Source: Patescibacteria group bacterium
GTDB taxonomy: Bacteria; Patescibacteriota; Minisyncoccia; Moranbacterales; JAKLHP01
Direction of reading: 5' to 3'
Assembly (NCBI GenBank): GCA_043803385.1
Contig: JAZDKA010000034.1
Span: forward strand, 10,561 to 74,560
Length of the DNA stretch: 64,000 bases
Below the pieces are notes generated by a model, which was not told the origin of the DNA, did not search any database, and worked only from the letters and a program-made list of their open reading frames with translations. Made by a program: the position numbers and the translations under genes. Numbering within the stretch: the first letter of the stretch is position 1; each line of letters begins with the position of its first letter. Positions 18,132-25,821 of this stretch are shown here, piece by piece.

Positions 18132-18449
18132 ATGAGCAAAATCAGGAATAAATATAAAATTAAAAACTTTGTCTTGCTTTGCGCCGTTTTTATTGTGCTG
18201 GGACTTTTTAGCTTTATTTTTAAAAAAACAGGAATTGCAAATAGCAGTCATTTTGTAAAAATAGCCTCAGCAGATATTCCGTCTAGCGGTGGCAGTTGCA
18301 GCAGTTGCAACAGTTGCGGCGGTTGGGGCAGTTGCGGTGGCGGCGGCGGTGCCGGTTGCGGCGGCAGTGCCGGCGGTTGTGGCGGTGCCGGTTGCGGTGG
18401 CGGTTGTGGCGGTTGCGGTTGTGGCGGTTGCGGTGGCGGTTGTGGCTAA
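18132..18449 (+). CDS. Small membrane-anchored protein with a C-terminal Gly/Cys-repeat tail
   Basis: ATG start, a TM helix, then SCSSCNSCGGWGSCGGGGGAGCGGSAGGCGGAGCGGGCGGCGCGGCGGGCG, and a stop directly after the repeat. An alternative frame has no start context. Confidence 0.5.
   Translation: MSKIRNKYKIKNFVLLCAVFIVLGLFSFIFKKTGIANSSHFVKIASADIPSSGGSCSSCNSCGGWGSCGGGGGAGCGGSAGGCGGAGCGGGCGGCGCGGCGGGCG
18286..18449. repeat. GC-rich (about 70% GC) coding microsatellite of degenerate 12-mers (ggyggyggttgy)
   Basis: Read directly from the sequence. It contrasts sharply with the low-GC background. Confidence 0.7.
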
Positions 18450-18497
18450 AAATGAAAACAGGTTTTCGCTAGGATTCTAAGTTGTTTTTTAGAAGTA

Positions 18498-19340
18498 ATG
18501 AAATTTGTATCGAAGAATAGGAAATCGTTGCTAATATATATTCTGTTGCTGGTGTTTGTTTTGTCCAGTTGTTTGTTCGGAAATGATATAAAAAAATTAA
18601 TTTCCGCGAAGATTTTTATAGGAGCAGAATATTATTTTAACGGAGGAAAGTATAATCTGAATAAGGCGGAAAAATTATATAAAATTTCACTCAAAATAAA
18701 CTCGGATATCCCCATAGCCCATTATCAGCTGGGAAGAATCTATTTTTTAGGCGGAAAATTCGACTTAGCGATTGCTGAATTCGACAAAGAACTGAAAAAC
18801 AATCAGGAAAGCAAGCATCCGTATTATATGCGAGGGCTGACAAACGGTTACGCTGGAAATTACGATGAAGCGATTTCTGATTTGCAAAAATATATCGCCT
18901 GGAATCCAAAAACTTGGGCAGGATATAACGATTTGGTTTGGGTATATTTGCTGAAAAAAGATTATCAAAAGGCCGAAGAATCATCCAGAAAAGGCCTGGA
19001 AAACAGTTCAAATAATCCCTGGCTTCTTTCAAACTTAGGCACTGCTCTTTTGAATCAAGAAAAATATCAAGAAGCGAAAGAAAAATTAACTTTGGCCAAA
19101 GATTTTGGAGAAAAACTTACCGCACAAGATTGGTCAAAGACTTACCCGGGAAATGATCCGAGAATTGCCGAATCAGGACTCCGGGATATGAAAGCGGCGA
19201 TTCAGCTCAATATCGCTATTGCTTCCAAACGGATGAACCGGAAAGAAGAAGCCAAAAAAGAATATGAAGAATATCTAGCTATGCTTCCGGAAGATGATAA
19301 CAGAAGGGTATCAGTAGATTATTTTTTGTTAATGCCGTAG
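18498..19340 (+). CDS. TPR-repeat lipoprotein
   Basis: Lipobox-like LLVFVLSSC followed by several TPR-like 34-residue repeats (AHYQLGRIYFLGGKFDLAIAEFDKEL...). Confidence 0.7.
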   Translation: MKFVSKNRKSLLIYILLLVFVLSSCLFGNDIKKLISAKIFIGAEYYFNGGKYNLNKAEKLYKISLKINSDIPIAHYQLGRIYFLGGKFDLAIAEFDKELKNNQESKHPYYMRGLTNGYAGNYDEAISDLQKYIAWNPKTWAGYNDLVWVYLLKKDYQKAEESSRKGLENSSNNPWLLSNLGTALLNQEKYQEAKEKLTLAKDFGEKLTAQDWSKTYPGNDPRIAESGLRDMKAAIQLNIAIASKRMNRKEEAKKEYEEYLAMLPEDDNRRVSVDYFLLMP

Positions 19341-19343
19341 ATT

Positions 19344-20495
19344 ATGAAAAAAAATAAAAAAATATCAATAATATCTTCATCCATCTTTTTAATAATGTTG
19401 TTTTCAATGGCCCTTTTCTTTTTATGGTTTCACGGTGTTGGAAATAACAGTCCTTTTTCAGTTGAAGCGAAACTTTTTTCCTTTTCCGGCATTCAAAATG
19501 GCGCTCCTCTTTCCGCTTCCTGCGACGCCGCGCCTCCTTACGAACATACTCCAGGAGAATTCGACAATCCAACGATCACTGTTGCTAAATTAGGTGTCGG
19601 GGCAGGAAGCATAACTGTGTGCAATGATTCTATGAATTGTAAAATTACAGGTTGCGCAGGTATATGCTCTGCAACCTATGGTCGGGGAGAAAATATTATG
19701 GTCGGCAGAAGCCCTATCTATCCTCCAACCGTTTTTTCCGGATGGGGAGGAGATTGCAGTGGCCAACTATGCAATTTGACGATGGATTATTGCAATAAAT
19801 ATGTGACAGGTACGTTTGATCTTAATTATACTCTTTATGTTGCCAAGGCAGGAACAGGCTCTGGTACTATAACTTCAAATCCAGTGGGGATAAATTGCGG
19901 AGCGGATTGCACGGAGTCGTATGTGGATGGAACATCAACAGTTCTTACTGCCGTTGTCGATACCGGTTCAACTTTTGCGGGTTGGAGTGGAGATTGCAGC
20001 GGGACTGACTTATGCAATTTAACGATGGATAATACCAAATCAGTTACGGCTACTTTTAATTCTAATAATCCAACGCTCACTGTTAAAAAAACTGGAACCG
20101 GAACAGTAACTTCGGATCCAACTGGAATCAATTGCGGTACCACTTGTTCTGCAACTTACCCTCTCAATACTTCCGTAACGCTTACCGCTAATCCGCTAAC
20201 GGGAGTATTCAGCGGAGGGTGGTGTAATTATGGTAATGGTGTTGGTACTTGCAACGTTGGCATGAGCAGATCAAAAGAAGTTACGGCTACTTTTAGCAGC
20301 AGTTGTGGGGTATTTTCATGTGTTAAAATAAATTCTGTTTGCAATGGATGCGGAGGTACAGCGACAGGAACAGCAATATGTATTGATTCTTGTAATAATG
20401 TTGATTCTTCAAAATGTAGCAACTGTTCTCCTGAAACGATTAACTGCTCCGCTTGCTCTAATTCTGACGCTAACTGGAAAGAAGTAGCGCCGTAA
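19344..20495 (+). CDS. Cys-rich surface protein, paralog 1 (3 divergent InlB-B-like repeats, ends NWKEVAP)
   Basis: Signal/TM N-terminus. Repeats of the form AKAGTGSGTITSNPVGINCGADC..Y..GT..LTA....GSTFAGWSGDCSG...C.LTM....VTATF. A Cys-rich C-terminal module. Confidence 0.8.
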   Translation: MKKNKKISIISSSIFLIMLFSMALFFLWFHGVGNNSPFSVEAKLFSFSGIQNGAPLSASCDAAPPYEHTPGEFDNPTITVAKLGVGAGSITVCNDSMNCKITGCAGICSATYGRGENIMVGRSPIYPPTVFSGWGGDCSGQLCNLTMDYCNKYVTGTFDLNYTLYVAKAGTGSGTITSNPVGINCGADCTESYVDGTSTVLTAVVDTGSTFAGWSGDCSGTDLCNLTMDNTKSVTATFNSNNPTLTVKKTGTGTVTSDPTGINCGTTCSATYPLNTSVTLTANPLTGVFSGGWCNYGNGVGTCNVGMSRSKEVTATFSSSCGVFSCVKINSVCNGCGGTATGTAICIDSCNNVDSSKCSNCSPETINCSACSNSDANWKEVAP

Positions 20496-20532
20496 AATGA
20501 CAGTTGACAGTTGACAGTTAACATTTGACAGC

Positions 20533-20561
20533 CAGTCCCGATTTGTCGGGACTGGTTTTTC
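20533..20561 (+). terminator. Rho-independent terminator
   Basis: ccagtcccgatttgtcgggactgg (a 10-bp stem) followed by ttttt. Confidence 0.7.
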
Positions 20562-20594
20562 GTTATCTGCAGGTCATTCAGTTTTAATTTCTTT

Positions 20595-20605
20595 TGTGGT
20601 ATAAT
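20595..20605 (+). promoter_or_regulatory. Extended -10 promoter element tgtggtataat
   Basis: Lies 43 nt upstream of ATG 20648. The same 11-mer recurs upstream of several other genes. Confidence 0.45.
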
Positions 20606-20647
20606 AAAACTAGTAAAAAAGTTAACTTGATAGGGGAAATAAAAAAA

Positions 20648-23600
20648 ATGAAAATGAAATTAATAAGGGTTGCTTTAATTGCCATTTTTATTTTTGCTAT
20701 CTTGCCATTTTCTGTTAAAGCTCAAAATTTGACAACCAGTGAAACTGTTTCTAATTCAACCAGATCCGGATTTGAAACTAGAGGTGGAATGATTATTTCT
20801 CAAGAAGCAAACAAACTAAAAATTCTCTTCGGGGCAATTAATAATGAAGAAGTAATTCAACCAGGAGTTCAATATTCGATTCAATTAATTCATAAAGAAT
20901 ATGGATATCTCGTTGATGAGAAAGTTTTTCCGGAAGTGATTAGCATCGGCAAAAAAGAGAAAATATCTAAAGAAATAGAATATCAGGCACCGGAATTTCT
21001 TAATGGAGATTACTTAATTTTTATCGTTTTCAGGAACTCCAAGGCCAATATATTGGGTACGGATATAATTGGAAAAGTTTCCCTAAAAGGAAGTGAGGGA
21101 TATGTCAATATAAACACATGTTTATTGTCAGTTAAAGACGATAAAATTAAAAACGAATTTTTTCCAAATGGATACCCAATTAATGCTGGAATCGATCTTG
21201 CTCCAGAAGAGGAATTAATCGCCAAATGTAAAATTTCAAATAATTTTAGCGAAGCGGTTGAGTTCACTCCTCAATTTGAGAATTATTTTCGTTCAATATT
21301 CGGAACTCTGATTTCCACCGAGAAACAAAGTTCTGTCAATATCAATGCCGGAGAGACAAGAGAAGTTTCCTTTACTGTTCCAAAAATTTCCAAACCCCAA
21401 GCCTATGATGCGGTATTATCCCTTTTTAATAATGGAGAAATTATTTCCAATAAAATCGTTTTTCATTATGTCATTCAAGGATTTTCCGGGACTATTCAAA
21501 ACTTGCTTTCCGATGAAGCTACCTATCAAAAAGGAGAAACGGCCAAAATTTCTTTCTATTTGACCGGATCGGCTGATTATTTTCCGGGTGCCAGGGGCCA
21601 AGGATCTCGCTTGGAAGGCGGAGTGATGGAAATTTCAATAAGCAATAAAGATGGGTCAAAATGTTCCGAAACGGTCCAAAAACAGTTGACGTCAATTAAA
21701 GAATTAACCAATCAAAAGCAAGGTTTAGAAGTTCCAATTATTGCGGATTGTTCTCTTCCGCAAATAAAAGCGGAATTTAAGGATCGCAACGGCAACGTGC
21801 TGGATCGAGCTACTTATAATATTTTTAGTAATGATGCGGAGAAGAAAGAACTTGAAAAAGAAAAAAGCGCCGAGAAAAAAATGAATAAATGGATTTTAAT
21901 TTCTGGTTTGATATTGATTATTTTGTTAATCTCCGTTTTAGCTTATCTTTTTTATAAAAAAAAATCTGAAAATAAAAGCATAGCGACACTTATTGGTATA
22001 TTAGCAGCAACAGGAGTTTTCTTTCTTTGGGGAGGTGTTTCTTATGGAGCCAGTGTAAATTTCTCCGCACCCGCCTTAAATGAAGACTGGTCATCTATAC
22101 CCGTTACAGGATTTCTGGGAACAGAAGGGGGTATATATGGGGAAGATGAAGTAATATTTAGTCCCGGGCAAGAATTTCTAATAGGTGCTAAAGAAGCATA
22201 TACTCTGGTATGTTCTAATAGTGAAGTAGTAAGAGCTCATGTCAACGCAACCGTATTGGATTCAAACAATACAGTGATAAGTGAAAAAAAGTCATTCCTC
22301 CCAAATATAGTATATTATTCAGATGGATCACCGTGGTATTTATATATATCATTTCATTGGTATAATGCACCGATGATTCCAGGTAGTTACAAAGTTGAGT
22401 TTGAAGCTTATGAAGCATTGAGTAATGTAGGAGTTGCATATTTAAATTTTAAAGTTATGGCTCCCAATCCAATTTTAGCGGTCAATAAAGCCGGAACCGG
22501 TTCAGGAACTATAACCTCCGATCCGGCGGGAATAAATTGCGGAACGGATTGTGCAGAATCTTATGTACAGGGAACATCGGCAACTCTTACCGCCACTCCC
22601 GATGCCAATTCAACCTTTGCTGGTTGGAGCGGAGATTGTACGGGAACTGGCCCATGCAATTTGACAATGAATACTAATAAATCAGTGACGGCTAATTTTA
22701 AAATCAATACTCCGCCTACGGCTGAAGCCGGAGGACCATATGCGGTTCCGCGCAATGGCACGGTTACAATTGATGGATCTCAATCTTCCGATCCGGATGA
22801 AATATTAAGCAATTTAGCTTTTAATTGGGATTGTAATAAATGTATTAATGGTGGAGGAAATAATGGTAATTGCCCAGGATACGCGAATATGAGATACGTT
22901 GGCTTTAAGAGTTTTACTTTTAATCCTAATGCAAATTTCAATACCGGATACAATGCTAAAGCCGGCAATGTTTTCACCTGTACCCTAACTGTAACAGACA
23001 ATAAAGGTGCTACGAGTACTGATACGGCCACAATTACTGCTACTGAAACAGCACCCAATGCTCCTACTGGTTTAACTGCCACTGCTCCTTCCTGTTCTAG
23101 TGTTACTCTTACTTGGGTCGATACTTCCGACAATGAAACCGGGTTTAAAATAGAACGCTCCGCTAATTCTAATGGTCCCTGGACTCAGATTGCCACCACG
23201 GCTGCTAATGCTACTTCCGCTGACACTATTGCGGCTGCTACCACCCAATATTACTATCGAGTAAGAGCCACAAATTTAATTGCTGATTCGGATAATACAA
23301 ATGTTGCCGGAGCTTATGTGCCAGCTTGTACTAATGTAAATCTTAGTCTTTACACATCTAGCTGCAGACAATCAGTTCTTTATATAAGTTCAAATTATGA
23401 GTTTGACTATTATACAATACGTAAATGGTATTATAGCAGCTGGTGGGGTTGGTATTATAATGGTCAATATAATCTATGGACTAATCGGAGCGATCATCTT
23501 TATAAATATTATGATAATAATGTTTCGTCGGGTTCTTTTTATGGTTATCAAGTATATGGTTGCTATAATTCTGGTCAATGCCCTTCTGCTTCCCTGTTTT

Positions 23601-25141
23601 ATTGGATTTATATCCCATCATGTCCCGCTCTCAATCTTTCAATCAGCCCGTCAGCTGTTGCTTGCGGGGCATCGTCTGGCGGTGCTTCTAGCTTAACCTG
23701 GAGTTCTACGAATGCCAACTATTGCATTCCTAGTGGCACTAACTGGCCGGGAAATCCTGCCCAGCTTCCAACTTCTTCAAATTTAGCTCCTTTAGTAAAT
23801 AAAACTATAATTTCTCCTACTTCTTCTCAAACTTATAGTTTGACATGCTATGGTGCTGGCGGATCAATTACTAAAAGTGTTAATCTTGGCTGCTCCTGTA
23901 CGGCAAATAACTGTGCTGATAATATATGTGGAAATGAGCAGTGTTATAATGGTTGCATTTGGGTTTGGGGTAATATGCCTGTCCGTTCTCTCTCTATAAC
24001 CAAAGCCGGTACCGGCTCCGGCACCGTTACCGGTAGTCCGGCTGGCTGTAGTTCTGCTGGCATCAACTGCGGTCCTACTTGTTCGGCAACGTACAAATAC
24101 GATACTGCTGTCAATTTAACTGCTACTGCTTTCACTGGCTCTGAATTTACTAACTGGTCAAATGCTTGCAACGGTACCGCTAATTCTTGCACAGTTTTCA
24201 TGAGAAATAATTATTCAGTAAATGCTAACTTTAATGCCAAAACCCTTAATGTTTCTTTAACTGCTTCTCCGCCTTCCGGCAGTCAGCCTTTAACTTCCAC
24301 TCTAACGGCTAATGTTTCTGGCACGTCCGTTGGAACGATTAATTACAAATTTTACTGCAACCGCAATGACGATGGCACTAATATTACTCAACCAGTTGAT
24401 GGAAAATTTGACGGTGAATCAGCCACCAGCAAATCGTTCAATTGTACTTATTCAACCCCCGGCGCTTTCTTTCCAAAAGTTATTGTGGAGCGGGATAGTG
24501 GTGTGCCAAATGCAACTGATAAAAAAACAGTGACGGTTGCTGCAATTCTTTCCATTGACAAAACCGGTACTGGCTCCGGCTCCAGCACAGTTATCAGCAT
24601 TCCGCCTGGCATCAATTGCGGTCCTACTTGTTCGGCTTCATATAATTACAATACCCTCATTGCTTTAACCGCCACTGCCATTCCTTCTACTGATTTTGCT
24701 TTTGCCGGCTGGTCAGGAGCTTGCTCGGGCACTGGTCCCTGTACGGTTACTATGAATGAAGCCAAATATGTGACCGCTAATTTTGGTTGCGAAATTAATG
24801 ATTGTCCGCCTGGATCGGTCAGCTGTAGCGGAAACAGTAGGGTAGTTTGTTCTGAAGTTCCTGTGGGAAGTGGGTGTTATAGAAATATAACAATAGATTG
24901 TGGAATAGAAACATGTGTTGATGGATCATGTCTTCCGAAACAACCAGGAGTATGTGGTGATGCGCAAGACATAATTTGGGACAAATCACCCAATAGTGAA
25001 TTTTGCAATTCATTCGGAGGATATACGGAACCAATCAGGGAAGGTGAAAGTTGGTGCTGGACATGCATTGGAATGCTTGGCGGGTCAGATACGGAATGTT
25101 GCGCGCAGAGAGATTTGAATTGGAAGGAAATAGCGCCGTAG
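20648..25141 (+). CDS. Giant Cys-rich surface protein, paralog 2 (ends NWKEIAP)
   Basis: Signal peptide and an N-terminal domain of about 400 aa that is paralogous to the one in 25822-28605. A TM hairpin follows, then four divergent InlB-B-like repeats, a PKD-like segment, an FN3-like segment and a Tyr/Trp-rich stretch. Ends with a Cys-rich C-terminal module. The start was moved to ATG 20648 (MKMKLIRV). Confidence 0.8.
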   Translation: MKMKLIRVALIAIFIFAILPFSVKAQNLTTSETVSNSTRSGFETRGGMIISQEANKLKILFGAINNEEVIQPGVQYSIQLIHKEYGYLVDEKVFPEVISIGKKEKISKEIEYQAPEFLNGDYLIFIVFRNSKANILGTDIIGKVSLKGSEGYVNINTCLLSVKDDKIKNEFFPNGYPINAGIDLAPEEELIAKCKISNNFSEAVEFTPQFENYFRSIFGTLISTEKQSSVNINAGETREVSFTVPKISKPQAYDAVLSLFNNGEIISNKIVFHYVIQGFSGTIQNLLSDEATYQKGETAKISFYLTGSADYFPGARGQGSRLEGGVMEISISNKDGSKCSETVQKQLTSIKELTNQKQGLEVPIIADCSLPQIKAEFKDRNGNVLDRATYNIFSNDAEKKELEKEKSAEKKMNKWILISGLILIILLISVLAYLFYKKKSENKSIATLIGILAATGVFFLWGGVSYGASVNFSAPALNEDWSSIPVTGFLGTEGGIYGEDEVIFSPGQEFLIGAKEAYTLVCSNSEVVRAHVNATVLDSNNTVISEKKSFLPNIVYYSDGSPWYLYISFHWYNAPMIPGSYKVEFEAYEALSNVGVAYLNFKVMAPNPILAVNKAGTGSGTITSDPAGINCGTDCAESYVQGTSATLTATPDANSTFAGWSGDCTGTGPCNLTMNTNKSVTANFKINTPPTAEAGGPYAVPRNGTVTIDGSQSSDPDEILSNLAFNWDCNKCINGGGNNGNCPGYANMRYVGFKSFTFNPNANFNTGYNAKAGNVFTCTLTVTDNKGATSTDTATITATETAPNAPTGLTATAPSCSSVTLTWVDTSDNETGFKIERSANSNGPWTQIATTAANATSADTIAAATTQYYYRVRATNLIADSDNTNVAGAYVPACTNVNLSLYTSSCRQSVLYISSNYEFDYYTIRKWYYSSWWGWYYNGQYNLWTNRSDHLYKYYDNNVSSGSFYGYQVYGCYNSGQCPSASLFYWIYIPSCPALNLSISPSAVACGASSGGASSLTWSSTNANYCIPSGTNWPGNPAQLPTSSNLAPLVNKTIISPTSSQTYSLTCYGAGGSITKSVNLGCSCTANNCADNICGNEQCYNGCIWVWGNMPVRSLSITKAGTGSGTVTGSPAGCSSAGINCGPTCSATYKYDTAVNLTATAFTGSEFTNWSNACNGTANSCTVFMRNNYSVNANFNAKTLNVSLTASPPSGSQPLTSTLTANVSGTSVGTINYKFYCNRNDDGTNITQPVDGKFDGESATSKSFNCTYSTPGAFFPKVIVERDSGVPNATDKKTVTVAAILSIDKTGTGSGSSTVISIPPGINCGPTCSASYNYNTLIALTATAIPSTDFAFAGWSGACSGTGPCTVTMNEAKYVTANFGCEINDCPPGSVSCSGNSRVVCSEVPVGSGCYRNITIDCGIETCVDGSCLPKQPGVCGDAQDIIWDKSPNSEFCNSFGGYTEPIREGESWCWTCIGMLGGSDTECCAQRDLNWKEIAP

Positions 25142-25232
25142 AATTCTAGCTTACAACATACAACATACGACTGACAACAAATAATTTGCAACTCACAACT
25201 ATTTTATAACTAATAATTTAATTTAAAAAAAT

Positions 25233-25694
25233 ATGGAAAGCGGAATTAAAAAATTAATAATTATACTGGTTGTCCTGGCTATTTTGGCAGGAGGAGGATT
25301 TTATATCTTTAGGCTTCTAGCGAGATCATGTAATTTCAGCCAATTGCCTTCTGATTTTCCTACTCCTTCTGTTATTCCTCCAACCGCGAATAAAAATCAA
25401 ACTCCGGCTGGCGTTGAAGAAAATAATCAGCCAGTTCAGCCAGGACAACCAGCGCAGGCAAATGATGAAATCAGGGAAGTAAAAGGGAAAGCCACAGGTA
25501 TTAATGGAAACTTTATTTTTGTGGAAAGTGAAAGCGAACTTTTCCAATTGGGAATCAATGCTCAAACTCCAGTTTTTACCTTAACCGGAACAGAAAAGAC
25601 AAAAGCCGGACTGCCGGATATTAAAATAAACGGGGGAGTCTCGGTAAAATACGATTATCTGAAAAATGCCACGGAGATTGTTATCGGGGAATAA
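25233..25694 (+). CDS. Hypothetical membrane-anchored protein
   Basis: N-terminal TM helix and a Pro/Gln-rich linker. Confidence 0.5.
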   Translation: MESGIKKLIIILVVLAILAGGGFYIFRLLARSCNFSQLPSDFPTPSVIPPTANKNQTPAGVEENNQPVQPGQPAQANDEIREVKGKATGINGNFIFVESESELFQLGINAQTPVFTLTGTEKTKAGLPDIKINGGVSVKYDYLKNATEIVIGE

Positions 25695-25768
25695 GGCAAA
25701 GCAATATCAACTTTTCAAAACCGGGCTTTAGGAATTTCCAAAGCTCGGCTTTAGTTATAATGACAAAT

Positions 25769-25779
25769 TGTGGTATGAT
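25769..25779 (+). promoter_or_regulatory. Extended -10-like element tgtggtatgat
   Basis: A variant of the recurrent tgtggtataat motif. tataat also occurs at 25756-25761. Confidence 0.35.
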
Positions 25780-25821
25780 AAAGTTGTCAAGAAGTTAACT
25801 CGACTGGGGGAAAATAAAAAA

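Noticed and set aside
18289-18480. Alternative Ala/Val-rich ORF (63 aa) across the GC-rich microsatellite
   Set aside because: It has no start-codon or RBS context and no N-terminal sequence outside the repeat. The Gly/Cys frame has an ATG, a TM helix and a stop exactly at the repeat end.
22780-23133. Antisense ORFs inside the large surface-protein genes (also 22561-22761, 23944-24201, 27483-27875, 19835-20143)
   Set aside because: These are shadow ORFs opened by the locally Ala/Gly/Thr-codon-rich sense strand. They have no starts with RBS, and the sense-strand genes have clear domain architecture.
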